Positions 38,677 to 48,680 of a stretch of 64,000 nucleotides of DNA are shown one piece after another. How positions within the stretch are numbered: position 1 is the stretch's first letter; the number at the start of each line of letters is the position of its first letter. The translations under genes were made by a program, and so were the position numbers. The notes under the pieces are model-generated. The model was not told the origin of the DNA. It did not search any database and worked only from the letters and a program-made list of their open reading frames with translations. This stretch comes from Candidatus Palauibacter poriticola (lineage in GTDB: Bacteria > Gemmatimonadota > Gemmatimonadetes > Palauibacterales > Palauibacteraceae): positions 29,183 to 93,182 of the forward strand of contig JAAXHJ010000066.1 of NCBI GenBank assembly GCA_012270965.1. Reading direction: 5' to 3'.

Positions 38677-40013
38677 GCGTCCAGCTCTGCGGCGGCCGGC
38701 TCGCCAGCGTGACGTTCCGCGGCGACCGGCTCCGCAGCGTCGCGCTCCACGGTGTCCGTCGTCGCCGCGACCCGTCCCCCCCTGACCCGCAGACGGAAGC
38801 GTTGGCTCGGCGTGAAGTCGTCGATTCGCGTGAGCCGGCGTCCCTCGAGGTCGGTGGCGACGGCGTAGCCTCGGGCCACGGTCTCGAGCGGGCTCAGGGC
38901 GTCGAGCGCGGCGGCAAGTTCGGCCAGCCGCGTGCGCGACCGGGCGAGCACGCGTTCCATCCCCGCCGGAAGGAGAGCCGCCATGGTTTCGAGGCGCAGC
39001 TTCGCGACATCGCGAGCGTGTCCGGCGGAAGCCGGCATGCGCTGCGCGAGCGCCTCCACCCGGTCACTCCCGCGCGTGATGAGCCGGCGCAACCCGCGAG
39101 CCAAGCCTCCCCCCGCCGCATCGAGCGAGGCGCGCACGCTGCGGATATCCGGCACCGCGAGTTCCGCGGCCGCGGACGGCGTCGGCGCCCGCAGGTCGGC
39201 CACCAACTCGCACAGCGTCACGTCGACCTCGTGCCCGACGGCGCAAATCACCGGAACCGGACTCGCCGCGACCGCTCGCACCGCCGTCTCCTCGTTGAAG
39301 CACCACAAATCCTCCACCGACCCGCCGCCCCGGCTCAGGATGATCGCGTCGAGCCTCCGCTCCGGACCGCCCGCGCTCCAATCCGCGAGACGCCGAAGGG
39401 CGGCCCGCACCTCGCCGGCGGCGCCCTCGCCCTGCACCCGGCAGTGGCGCACCACGATCTCGACCCACGGGGCCCGCCGCCGGAGCACCGTGATGATGTC
39501 GTGAAGCGCCGCGCCCCCGCGCGACGTGACGACGCCGACGCGGCGGGGGAACGCGGGCAGCGCCCGTTTGCGCTCCGGATCGAGCATACCCTCCGCCGCC
39601 AGCTTCCGGCGGAGCCGCTCGAAGGCGATCCGCCACAGCCCCTCGCCCGCCGCCTCGAGGGCGCGCACGCGCAACTGGAAGCGGCCCTGCCGCGCGTAGA
39701 GGGTCGGACGGGCATGAACGAAGACCTCCATGCCGTCCTCCGGATCCGCCGGCAGACGCCACGCATCGCCGCGGAAGAAGACGCACGCGACGCTGGAATC
39801 GCGCTCCTGGTCCCGGAGAGAGAAGTAGCGGTGCCCGGCGGAGGAGCGGGTCCAGTTCGTCACTTCGCCGCGGACCCAAAGGTCGCCGAACCGCTTCTCC
39901 AGCGTGCCGCGCGCGGCTTCGTTGAGGCCGGACACGCTGATCGCCCCCTCCGGAGAGCGACCATCGCGAACCTCCGCCGCGCCGAACAGCGAGGCTTGAC
40001 GCATCACGTTCAA
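38673..40013 (-). CDS. xseA: exodeoxyribonuclease VII large subunit
   Basis: OB fold LSVSGLNEAARGTLEKRFGDLWVRGEVTNW and a catalytic core; 4-nt overlaps with folD and xseB. Confidence 0.85.
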   Translation of the reverse strand: MNVMRQASLFGAAEVRDGRSPEGAISVSGLNEAARGTLEKRFGDLWVRGEVTNWTRSSAGHRYFSLRDQERDSSVACVFFRGDAWRLPADPEDGMEVFVHARPTLYARQGRFQLRVRALEAAGEGLWRIAFERLRRKLAAEGMLDPERKRALPAFPRRVGVVTSRGGAALHDIITVLRRRAPWVEIVVRHCRVQGEGAAGEVRAALRRLADWSAGGPERRLDAIILSRGGGSVEDLWCFNEETAVRAVAASPVPVICAVGHEVDVTLCELVADLRAPTPSAAAELAVPDIRSVRASLDAAGGGLARGLRRLITRGSDRVEALAQRMPASAGHARDVAKLRLETMAALLPAGMERVLARSRTRLAELAAALDALSPLETVARGYAVATDLEGRRLTRIDDFTPSQRFRLRVRGGRVAATTDTVERDAAEPVAAERHAGEPAAAELDA

Positions 40014-40927
40014 CCCGACGCCGCCACCGTCCCCGCCGCGGAGAGGCGCGCGCTCCGCTCCGCCGACCTCACGGTGTTGCGGAGGAGCATGGCGATCGTC
40101 ATGGGCCCGACACCGCCGGGCACCGGCGTAATCCAGCTCGCGCGCTCCACCGCCTCGTCGAAGGCCACATCGCCGACGAGCCGATAGCCTCGCTCCGTGG
40201 CCGGATCCTCCACCCGGTTCACTCCCACATCGATCACGACCGCCCCCTCCCGCACCATGTCGCCCCGGACGATGCCGGGCACGCCGACGGCGACGATGAG
40301 GATCTCCCCCTGGCGCGTCACGGCGCCGAGGTCCGCGGTCCGGCTGTGTGCCACGGTCACCGTGGCGTTCGCCCCGGGTTCCTTCTGGAGCATGATCTGG
40401 GACATCGGCATGCCGACGATGTTCGAGCGGCCGACGATGACGACGTGGGCGCCGGAGGTCTCCACGCCCGTCCTCCGGATGAGTTCCTGCACGCCGGCGG
40501 GCGTGGCGGGGCGGAATGCGCTCGCGTCCCCCTGGGACATGCGGCCCTGGTTCACCGGATGGAATCCGTCCACATCCTTGGCAGGGTCGATCCTCTCCGT
40601 CACTTCGCGTTCGTCCAAGTGTCGAGGCAGGGGGAGCTGTACGAGAATCCCGTGGATGGCCGGATCCGCGTTCAGCTCATCGACGATGCCGAGGAGTTCC
40701 GCGCGGCCGATGCCGGCGGGCGGCGTGATGTCGCGGGCGTAGATGCCGGCCTCCTCGCAGGCCCGCGTCTTCATCCGCACGTAGACGTGCGAGGCGGGAT
40801 CGTCACCGACCAGGACGACGCCGAGGCCGGGCCGGATCCCCCGCTCCGCAAGGCCCCGCGTCCGTTCCGCCACTTCCGCCCGGATCTCGGCCGCGATCCG
40901 CTTCCCGTCGATGAGCTGCGCCGTCAT
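40010..40927 (-). CDS. folD: bifunctional methylene-THF dehydrogenase/cyclohydrolase
   Basis: MTAQLIDGKRIAAEIRAEV...; HGILVQLPLP; VVIVGRSNIVGMPM. Confidence 0.9.
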   Translation of the reverse strand: MTAQLIDGKRIAAEIRAEVAERTRGLAERGIRPGLGVVLVGDDPASHVYVRMKTRACEEAGIYARDITPPAGIGRAELLGIVDELNADPAIHGILVQLPLPRHLDEREVTERIDPAKDVDGFHPVNQGRMSQGDASAFRPATPAGVQELIRRTGVETSGAHVVIVGRSNIVGMPMSQIMLQKEPGANATVTVAHSRTADLGAVTRQGEILIVAVGVPGIVRGDMVREGAVVIDVGVNRVEDPATERGYRLVGDVAFDEAVERASWITPVPGGVGPMTIAMLLRNTVRSAERSARLSAAGTVAASG

Positions 40928-41026
40928 CCATTCTCTCCGTTGTTTTTTTGTGAATCTCTGGGGATTCCTGCGAAACTCCCCAAGGTTTCGGCGCGGCGGG
41001 GTGGCCGGCTCGGCGGTCGTGAACGG

Positions 41027-42598
41027 TCAGCGTGCGAAGTCCACGGTTCGCGACTCGCGCACGACGACGACCTTGATCTGCCCCGGATACTGCAACTCGT
41101 TCTCGATGCGGCGGGCCGTCCGTTCCGACAGCCTCGCCATCTCCTCGTCGGAGACCTTGTCGGGGGTCACCATGATCCGGATCTCCCGCCCCGCCTGAAT
41201 CGCGTAAACCTTCTCGACCCCGTCCCAGGAACTCGCGATCTCCTCCAATTTCTCCAGTCGCTTCACGTAGTGCTCAAACGACTCCCGCCGGGCACCGGGA
41301 CGGGCACCCGAAATCGCGTCCGCCGCGGTGACGAGGAAGGTCTCCGGATAACGGGCGGGCTCCTCCCCGTGGTGCGCGCGGATCGCGTTCAGCACGCCGT
41401 CCGTCTCCCCGCACTGCTTGCACAGATCGTAGCCGATCTCGACGTGGCTCCCCTCCTTCTCGTGCGTGAGCCCCTTGCCGATGTCGTGCAGCAGGCCCAT
41501 CCGCTTCACGAGTTGCGTATCGAGCGACAGCTCCGCCGCCATCGTCGCCCCGATGAGCGCGACCTCGTGCGCGTGCTGCAATTGGTTCTGCCCGTAACTG
41601 GTCCGGAAGCGAAGGACGCCGAGCACTTCGCGGAGTTTAGGGTGCAGATCATGGATGCCGAGTTCGTACAGGACCTCGTCGGCCGCCTGCCGCATCGTCG
41701 ACCGAACATCTTCGCGCGCCTTCTCCACGACCTCCTCGATGCGGCCGGGGTGGATGCGGCCGTCGCCGACGAGGTGATCCATCGCCATCCGCGCGACCTC
41801 GCGGCGGACGGGATCGAAGCAGGAGAGGATGACGGCCTCGGGCGTATCGTCCACCACCACGTCGACGCCGGTAGCCGCCTCAAACGACCGGATGTTGCGG
41901 CCCTCGCGCCCGATGATGCGGCCCTTCATGTCGTCGCTGGGAAGGGTGACGACCGAGACGGCCGCTTCGGAGGAATGATCGACGGAGAGCTTCTCGATCG
42001 CCTGGGAGATGATCTTGCGGGCTTCCCGCGCGGCCTCGCCGCGGGCCCGTTCGGTGACCTCCCGCACGTGCTGCGCGGCGTCCGCCCGCGCCTGGTCGCG
42101 AATCCGGCCCACCAACTCGCGGCGCGCGGCTTCGCGGCTGATGCCCGCGATCTCCTCGAGGCGCCTACCGAGTTCCCGCTCCCGGTAGACGAGTTCCTTC
42201 GCTCGCGTGTCGAGTGCGCCGCGTTCCGCCTCGATCTGCTCGCGGCGGCGATCCACCCGCTCCTGCCGCTGGTCCATCTTCTCGAGCTTCCGCTCGAGCG
42301 TCTCGCTCCGCTCGAGCGTCCGCTGCTCCAGCCGCTCCAACTCGGCGCGCCGGCGCTCCGCTTCCCTGGCCGATTCCTCCCTCAGCCGCTGCGCCTCCTC
42401 GCGCCCCGCCAGCTGCGCCGCCTTGCGGAGGCTGCCCGCCTCCATCCGGGCGGACTCGATGATGTTCCGACCGTCGCTCTCGAGGCGGCCGCGCGCCCGG
42501 CGCAGGCCGCGCCGCTCGATCAGAATCCCTGCCACGCTCCCCGCCACGAGAGTTGCGATGGCCAACAGCATCGTCGGCACGGTGATGGATTCCAGCAT
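41027..42598 (-). CDS. rny: ribonuclease Y
   Basis: N-terminal TM MLESITVPTMLLAIATLVAGS; coiled coil; KH domain (IIGREGRNIR); HD domain (HAHEVALIGATMA...LLHDIGK). Confidence 0.85.
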   Translation of the reverse strand: MLESITVPTMLLAIATLVAGSVAGILIERRGLRRARGRLESDGRNIIESARMEAGSLRKAAQLAGREEAQRLREESAREAERRRAELERLEQRTLERSETLERKLEKMDQRQERVDRRREQIEAERGALDTRAKELVYRERELGRRLEEIAGISREAARRELVGRIRDQARADAAQHVREVTERARGEAAREARKIISQAIEKLSVDHSSEAAVSVVTLPSDDMKGRIIGREGRNIRSFEAATGVDVVVDDTPEAVILSCFDPVRREVARMAMDHLVGDGRIHPGRIEEVVEKAREDVRSTMRQAADEVLYELGIHDLHPKLREVLGVLRFRTSYGQNQLQHAHEVALIGATMAAELSLDTQLVKRMGLLHDIGKGLTHEKEGSHVEIGYDLCKQCGETDGVLNAIRAHHGEEPARYPETFLVTAADAISGARPGARRESFEHYVKRLEKLEEIASSWDGVEKVYAIQAGREIRIMVTPDKVSDEEMARLSERTARRIENELQYPGQIKVVVVRESRTVDFAR

Positions 42599-42689
42599 GG
42601 CCAGACTCCGATCCTCGAACCATCTATGAACAAAAAAACCGGCGGACTCGTCCACCGGTGCATGCCGCTCGGATCGGACGGAACGGTGC

Positions 42690-42894
42690 GCTCCGTTCGA
42701 TCATCTATCTGAAGCTGGGGCCGCGCTCGCACGCAGCCGCCTTACCGACAGCACCACACCGATTGCCGCTTGATCCCTCTAACTCACGCCGGGAAACGTT
42801 GCTCTGGACTCCGCACGCCGCAAGCGGACGGCGCGGCCCCCGGTTCCGCCGCGGCCCCGGTTCCGCCGCAGCCTCGCCGCCGCGGCGAAGCGAG
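42690..42894 (-). ncRNA. candidate structured ncRNA (possibly 6S/SsrS-like) in the zapA-rny intergenic region
   Basis: 235-bp non-coding gap directly 3' of zapA; terminal segments can pair (GGGGCCGCGC/GCGCGGCCCC) around a lower-GC central stretch; direct repeat ccccggttccgccgc x2. Confidence 0.25.
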
Positions 42895-43200
42895 CTACCG
42901 CACGGCGTTGCCCGCCATGGACTCGAGTCGTTCGGTCACATCGGTGACTCGCGCCTCGATGGCGGCCGTGAGCTGCTCGACCTCGCGGTGGGTCTGGAGA
43001 AGTTCATCGGTAATCTCGAGCGCGGCGAGGATCGCGGCGCGGCGGGGCTCCGCCACACCCGCCATGTGCGCACGTCTTATTGCGTCATCCACATACTTCG
43101 CGCACGCCCGCGTGTACGCCTCACCGCGGTCCGTCCGGATCCGGTATCGGTCGCCGAAGATCGTCACGCCGACCGGAGGCGCATCATCCGCTGAAGTCAT
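42895..43200 (-). CDS. zapA: cell division protein ZapA
   Basis: VGVTIFGDRYRIRTDRGEAYTRACAKYVDDAIRR matches the ZapA N-terminal domain and coiled coil. Confidence 0.75.
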   Translation of the reverse strand: MTSADDAPPVGVTIFGDRYRIRTDRGEAYTRACAKYVDDAIRRAHMAGVAEPRRAAILAALEITDELLQTHREVEQLTAAIEARVTDVTERLESMAGNAVR

Positions 43201-43457
43201 ACCTCATCCTCCACGTGGGCGAGGCGGTTGCGCAGTCGCACGGCCCTCTCCCTCGCCTCGGCCAGCATCTCGCGCAGGCGGCGGTTCTCCGCCGTCACCG
43301 CCTTGAGCCGCGCCTCGATGCCGGGGGTCGCCGATCCGTTCTCGTCCCAAGTCCGGGGTTCCTCCCAGTGCGTCTCGATCCTGCCCACCGCCCGCGACAG
43401 GCGGTCGAGCAGCCGTTCGACTCTCCGTTGACGGTCAGGACCGCCGGATTCTGGCAT
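43197..43457 (-). CDS. coiled-coil protein (ZapB-like), overlapping zapA by 4 nt
   Basis: Heptad-rich ARLKAVTAENRRLREMLAEARERAVRLRNRLAHVEDEV; start uncertain (ATG 43457 or 43508). Confidence 0.5.
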   Translation of the reverse strand: MPESGGPDRQRRVERLLDRLSRAVGRIETHWEEPRTWDENGSATPGIEARLKAVTAENRRLREMLAEARERAVRLRNRLAHVEDEV

Positions 43458-46014
43458 CGAACCGTTTCTCCAAGGCGGCGGAGAGGGCGGACATCTCCGA
43501 TTCGACATCCCCGTCCGTGAGCGTACGGTCGGGAGCCCTGAAGCGAAACGTCCATGCCAGTCCGAGGCGGCCGCCCTCGATCTCTTCGCCCGAGTAGACG
43601 TCGAAGAGTTGCACGTCGCGCAGGAGATCCGATGTCGCTTCCCTCGCCGCCCGCTCGACGTCAGCGGCCGGGACGCCTCGCGGCACCGTCATCGAGAGGT
43701 CCCGGCGCACGGCCGGGAAGGGCGACGTCTTCCGGTAGGCGGGCACGGTGCGCCCCTCGACGGCGGCGAGATCGAACTCGAGCCCGAAGGCGGGCGCGGC
43801 CCAAGGAGGAGCGTCGAGGGACGCCCCGTCCACGGCTCCCGCGACGCCGACCACGCGACCCTCCTTCACGGCCCGGAACCCGCCGGGGGAGAGCCAGGGT
43901 CCCGCGAGCGGCGCTCCACTCTCCGGCGCGTCCGCGGTCGCGGCGGTTCCGGCGGTATCGGCGCCCTCGAGCGGCTCCAGCGTCGCCCCGCACAGGCGCT
44001 CCGCGAACGACGCGGCGATCTCCTTGAGATCCCACAAGTCGAAGTCGAGCCCCGGTCCAGACCAGTGATCCGGGCGCCGGGCTCCGGTGACGATGGCCCC
44101 CACTCTGCCGGACTCCTCGAAGCGGCCGGTTCCCTCCGCATCCCCTTCCGAACCCGGGCCGCCCGCGTACGCGAACACGGTGCCGAGTTCGAACAGGCGT
44201 ACGTTGCGGTTGCCGCGCGCGTAATTGTGTTCCAGCCGCCGAAGCAGCACCGGGACCATGGCGGAGCGGAGGCGACTCTCCTCGGCCGAGAGCGGGTTCG
44301 GGACCGAGACGACGGCGCGATTCCCCCGGTAATCCTCCGGCATGAAGCTCAGACTGCGCGCTTCGAGGAGTCCGCGTCCGGTGAGCATCTCCCGCACTCT
44401 GGCCGCCTGTTCGACGCGCGGATCCGCCGGCACCGCGCTGGGCCGGAACCTGCGGTCCTGGCCCGCCCCGGCGTCGTACCCCACCCGGCGCGCAACTTCC
44501 TCCACGAGATCGATCTCCCGCGCGACGTCCGTGCGCCAGCCGGGCACGGAGACGCGCAACACGTCACCTGTCCCGTCCGCGCCACCGCCACCGGCCACGC
44601 CAACGTCACCGCCCACAGCATCGCTACCGTCCACGGCATCGCTACCGTCTCCGGCGTCGCCGCCGTCCGCGCCGGGGAGGGCCTCGAAGCCGATCGGCTC
44701 GAGCGCGGCGAGGACCTCCGCCCCGCCCAAGCCGAAGCCGAGCACCTGGTTCACGCGACTCACGCGAACCTCGATCGGGGGGACCGGGGCCGGCGCCGGG
44801 CCCGCGCGGAGGCCGACGAGGTCCGCCTCGCCGCCCGCCGTGGCGAGGATGAGGTCCACGCACCGCGCGAGCGCCCGCTCCTGGGCGTGGACATCGATCC
44901 CCCGCTCGAAGCGGTACGATGCGTCGGTGGAGAGCCCCGCCCCCGTCCGGGTGCGGCGCACGCCGGCCGGATCGAACGACGCACACTCGATGAGCAGATC
45001 GACGGTGTCACTCGTCACCTCCGTGTCGAGCCCCCCCATCACACCCGCGAACGCGATCGCGCGATCGCGGTCGGCGATTACCGTCTGCTCGGGCGTGAGC
45101 TTGTGCTCCTGGCCATCGAGCGTGGTCAGCGGCTCGCCCGCCACGGCCGCGCGCACGCGGATCACCGCCCCGGGCAGCCGCGCGAGGTCGAAGGCGTGCA
45201 GCGGTTGGTTCTGCTCGTGGAGGACGTAGTTCGTCGCGTCGACGACGTTGCTGATCGGACGGGCGCCCACTGCGAGCAGCCGGCCCGCGAGCCACGCCGG
45301 CGACGGCCCGACCCTGACCCCCCGGATGACGGCGGCCATGTAGCGGGGACACCGGTTGAGATCCTCGATGCGGACCGTGACCCCGGCTCCGCTCGCCCCG
45401 GACTCGCCGTCCCGCCACTCGGGCGACCACACCGGCCCCCCGAAATCGCGCGGCGCCGGCGGCCACCCCACCTCCCGCGCGACCCCCATGTGGCAGGCGA
45501 GATCGACCCGGTTCGGGTTCAGGTCCAGCGTGAGACGGGTGTCGGGGAGGCCCAGCGCCGCCGCGAGCGGCGTTCCCGGCTCGAGCCCGTCGGCGAGGCG
45601 CATGATGCCCCCCTTGTCGCGGCCCAACTCCAGTTCGGCCTCCGAGCACAGCATGCCGTGACTCAATTCGCCGCGGATCTTCCGGCTCTCGATGCGGAAG
45701 CCGGCGGGGAGTTGGCCGCCGGGCGCCACATGCGGATAGACCCCCCCGGCGGCGATGACGGGAGCCCCGCACACCACGTCGAGCACCTCGCCGGAGCCCC
45801 GGTCCACCCTGCACACGGTGAGGCGGTCGGCGTTCGGGTGCGGGCGGGTCTCGATGACGCGGGCCGCGACGATCCCCTCCAGCCCCTCCCCCACGGTCTC
45901 GACCTTCTCCACCGCGGCGGCGGTCATCGTCAGGCGCTGGGCCAGAACCCTCGGGTCGCGCAACTCCCCGCGCAGTCCGGCCAGCTCGTCGATCCAGTTG
46001 AACGAGATGTTCAT
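43435..46014 (-). CDS. pheT: phenylalanine--tRNA ligase beta subunit, carrying a Gly/Asp-rich low-complexity insertion
   Basis: [14 protein letters not shown]... tRNA-binding, B3/4, B5 and FDX-ACB domains; insertion GADGGDAGDGSDAVDGSDAVGGDVGVAGGGGADGTGDV. Confidence 0.9.
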   Translation of the reverse strand: MNISFNWIDELAGLRGELRDPRVLAQRLTMTAAAVEKVETVGEGLEGIVAARVIETRPHPNADRLTVCRVDRGSGEVLDVVCGAPVIAAGGVYPHVAPGGQLPAGFRIESRKIRGELSHGMLCSEAELELGRDKGGIMRLADGLEPGTPLAAALGLPDTRLTLDLNPNRVDLACHMGVAREVGWPPAPRDFGGPVWSPEWRDGESGASGAGVTVRIEDLNRCPRYMAAVIRGVRVGPSPAWLAGRLLAVGARPISNVVDATNYVLHEQNQPLHAFDLARLPGAVIRVRAAVAGEPLTTLDGQEHKLTPEQTVIADRDRAIAFAGVMGGLDTEVTSDTVDLLIECASFDPAGVRRTRTGAGLSTDASYRFERGIDVHAQERALARCVDLILATAGGEADLVGLRAGPAPAPVPPIEVRVSRVNQVLGFGLGGAEVLAALEPIGFEALPGADGGDAGDGSDAVDGSDAVGGDVGVAGGGGADGTGDVLRVSVPGWRTDVAREIDLVEEVARRVGYDAGAGQDRRFRPSAVPADPRVEQAARVREMLTGRGLLEARSLSFMPEDYRGNRAVVSVPNPLSAEESRLRSAMVPVLLRRLEHNYARGNRNVRLFELGTVFAYAGGPGSEGDAEGTGRFEESGRVGAIVTGARRPDHWSGPGLDFDLWDLKEIAASFAERLCGATLEPLEGADTAGTAATADAPESGAPLAGPWLSPGGFRAVKEGRVVGVAGAVDGASLDAPPWAAPAFGLEFDLAAVEGRTVPAYRKTSPFPAVRRDLSMTVPRGVPAADVERAAREATSDLLRDVQLFDVYSGEEIEGGRLGLAWTFRFRAPDRTLTDGDVESEMSALSAALEKRFDARIRRS

Positions 46015-47045
46015 GCGAACTGCTGCAGAAAGCTCATCTCCCCCTCGTAGAGGAGCCGCATGTCGGGGATGCCGTGCCGCACCATCGCGATGCGGGCCGG
46101 TCCCATCCCGAACGCATAGCCCGTGTAGCGTTCCGGGTCGTACCCCACCGCCTCGAAGACGGCGGGATCCACCATCCCGCTACCCATGATCGTGATCCAT
46201 CCCGTGCGCTTGCAGGTGGAGCAGCCGCTCCCGGCGCACACGGCGCACGACACGTCCACCTCCGCCGAGGGTTCGGTGAAGGGATAGAAGGACGGCCGGA
46301 AGCGGCTCGCCGTCCCCGGGCCGAAGAAATGGCGTACGAAGTGCTCGATCGCGGCGCGGAACTCGACGAAATCCACCCCTTCATCGACCGCGAGACCCTC
46401 GATCTGCTCGAAGGCGGGAGCGTGCGAGGGGTCGAAGGAGTCGCGCCGGTAGGCGAGCCCCGGCACGACGACCCGCACGGGCGGCCGGAAGGCCTCCATC
46501 ACGCGCGCCTGGACGGGCGACGTGTGCGTCCGCAACACGACATCCTTGTCCAGGTAGAAGGTGTCCATCATGTCGGCGGCGGGGTGATCGAGCGGGATGT
46601 TGAGCGCGGTGAAGTTGTACCACGTGGACTCGATCTCGGGGCCGAGCACGCGCGTGAAGCCGAGTTCCGCGAAGATCTCGCAGATCTCGTCGATGACCCG
46701 GGTCACGGGATGCACGCCACCGACCCAGCGCCCGCGCGCGGGAAGGGTCAGATCGATGCCGTCGACCGGAGCGGCGGCGGCGCTCTCCAGCGCCTTCATC
46801 CGCTCCTCGAGGGCTCCGCGCAGCACCTTCTTCACGGCGTTTGCGCGCTGTCCGACATCGCGCCGGGCCGCGGCTTCCACGGTGCCGATCCGGGACATGA
46901 CGTCGGCCAACTGGCCGTTGCGGCCCAGATATTCGACGCGGGCGGACTCGAGCGTGGCGGCGTCCGCCGCCTCCCCGATCGCGACGAGCCCCTTCTCCTC
47001 GATCGCGGCGAGCCGGTCGAGGAGAGAAGCTCCGGCCGCGATCAT
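46011..47045 (-). CDS. pheS: phenylalanine--tRNA ligase alpha subunit
   Basis: Class II motifs ([29 protein letters not shown]); ATG overlaps the rplT stop (ATGA). Confidence 0.9.
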   Translation of the reverse strand: MIAAGASLLDRLAAIEEKGLVAIGEAADAATLESARVEYLGRNGQLADVMSRIGTVEAAARRDVGQRANAVKKVLRGALEERMKALESAAAAPVDGIDLTLPARGRWVGGVHPVTRVIDEICEIFAELGFTRVLGPEIESTWYNFTALNIPLDHPAADMMDTFYLDKDVVLRTHTSPVQARVMEAFRPPVRVVVPGLAYRRDSFDPSHAPAFEQIEGLAVDEGVDFVEFRAAIEHFVRHFFGPGTASRFRPSFYPFTEPSAEVDVSCAVCAGSGCSTCKRTGWITIMGSGMVDPAVFEAVGYDPERYTGYAFGMGPARIAMVRHGIPDMRLLYEGEMSFLQQFA

Positions 47046-47398
47046 GGGCCGTGCGCTTTGGCCACCTCGACGAGCTTGGTAAAGGCGGCCGGATCCCGAA
47101 TCGCGAGGTCCGCGAGCACCTTGCGGTTCAGGTCGACGCCGGCGCTCTTCAGCCCGCTCACAAACCGGGAATACGACATTCCGTTCTGCCGGGCCGCGGC
47201 GTTGATGCGGGCGATCCACAGCCGGCGGAAGTCGCGCTTCCTCCTGCGCCGATCGACGTAGGCGTAGGCCCAGCCGCGCTCGACCGAGTTCTTCGCCGTA
47301 CGATAGAGCTTCGACCGCGCTCCGAACTGGCCGCGGGCTTCCTTGAGGATCTTCTTCTTTCGACGGTTGCGTGCAACACTGCTCGTCGCGCGTGGCAT
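47042..47398 (-). CDS. rplT: 50S ribosomal protein L20
   Basis: [70 protein letters not shown]. Confidence 0.9.
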   Translation of the reverse strand: MPRATSSVARNRRKKKILKEARGQFGARSKLYRTAKNSVERGWAYAYVDRRRRKRDFRRLWIARINAAARQNGMSYSRFVSGLKSAGVDLNRKVLADLAIRDPAAFTKLVEVAKAHGP

Positions 47399-47461
47399 GG
47401 CCGCACCTCCTGATTCCTGATACCGAGACTGTCTTGGGTACTGCCCGGGGAATGGGGTGAG

Positions 47462-47656
47462 CTAGTTCCCCAGGAGCCGCTTCACCCGCTTCTCGTCCGC
47501 CTTCGCCACAAGGGTTCCCTGACGGAGCCGGCGCTTACGCTTGGGGCTCTTCTTCGTCAGGATGTGGCTGTGGTAGGCACGCCGGCGCCGGAATTTCCCG
47601 CTCCCGGTCTTCCGAAACCGCTTCGCGGCGGACCGGTTCGTCTTCATTTTCGGCAT
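47462..47656 (-). CDS. rpmI: 50S ribosomal protein L35
   Basis: [33 protein letters not shown]. Confidence 0.9.
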   Translation of the reverse strand: MPKMKTNRSAAKRFRKTGSGKFRRRRAYHSHILTKKSPKRKRRLRQGTLVAKADEKRVKRLLGN

Positions 47657-47738
47657 CTTGCGTATGCTCCGGTTCAGCTCCGTCCGTGGCCGTCCGTGAC
47701 GGAGTCTTCGTGGTCGGTTCTCGTCGTTCCGGGGTCGA

Positions 47739-48251
47739 CTACGTGCGGTGCGGCCCCATCAGCATGGTCATCGTGCGACCCTCGTGAGAGATGTCCGACT
47801 CGACCATCGCGATGTCCCGCAGTTCGGTCTTCACGAACTCGAGAACCCGGCGCCCCCGCTCGGGGTGCGTCACCTCGCGCCCGCGAAACATGAGCGTGAA
47901 CTTCACCTTGTCGCCATCACCGAGGAATCTGCGCGCGTGGCGCAGCTTGAAGTCGATGTCGTGCGTCTCGATCTTCGGACGCAGCTTCACTTCCTTGACG
48001 GTGATGATGTGCTGCTTCTTCTTCGCCTCCCGCGCCTTCCTCGCCTGCGCGTATTTGTATTTTCCGAAGTCCATGAGCCGGCAGACGGGCGGCCGCGCGC
48101 CGGGCGCCACCTCCACCAGGTCGAGTCCGCGCTCGGCCGCGAGGGCACGGGCCTCATCCGTGGCCACGATGCCGAGCTGGCTGCCCTCCTCATCGATGAG
48201 ACGGATCGGGCTGATCCGGATCTTGTCGTTGACTCTGGGATCTCCGTTCAC
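47739..48251 (-). CDS. infC: translation initiation factor IF-3
   Basis: [19 protein letters not shown]...; GTG start with AAGGAG SD; the longer ORF to 49136 is not supported. Confidence 0.85.
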   Translation of the reverse strand: MNGDPRVNDKIRISPIRLIDEEGSQLGIVATDEARALAAERGLDLVEVAPGARPPVCRLMDFGKYKYAQARKAREAKKKQHIITVKEVKLRPKIETHDIDFKLRHARRFLGDGDKVKFTLMFRGREVTHPERGRRVLEFVKTELRDIAMVESDISHEGRTMTMLMGPHRT

Positions 48252-48273
48252 TGCGCTCCTTCGATTGAACCCC

Positions 48274-48310
48274 AAAAAAAGCGGCCCGCATCGGCACTCG
48301 CCGATCGGGC
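48274..48310 (-). terminator. intrinsic-terminator-like hairpin plus U7 tract, 22 nt upstream of the infC start
   Basis: Minus strand GCCCGATCGGC-GAGT-GCCGATGCGGGCCGC followed by TTTTTTT; no minus-strand gene lies upstream of it. Confidence 0.4.
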
Positions 48311-48680
48311 ACGGCCACACGCCCCCGTCGCGGGGGGGCAGTGTCGCTGACCCGGCGGCAGCACGACCCGTGCGCCGATGGGGTGGGGGCCACGCGGCCC
48401 CGCTTGCCTGTTTTCCCAACGCGGGGTAATCTGCGCGGCCAAGACCCCCCGTGTCAACGCCGCCAGTCGCCCGAGTGGCGGGCCGCGAAGATGCGCCGGA
48501 GTGCCGCGGGGCCGGCCGCGGCGAACCAGATCTTCGATCGGGGCGACGGTTGCCACCCTCGTCGGGGCAACCCATTCTTCGGGCGCCCAGGGGAGCGGAG
48601 AGCCCAGCACGGTATGTCTCGTGAAGCAGCCGCAGCGAGGAAGTTGGACCGAAATCCGAAGTAGACACCGCTTGGCCCTG

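Noticed and set aside
43609-46050. 813-aa plus-strand ORF
   Set aside because: Antisense to pheT.
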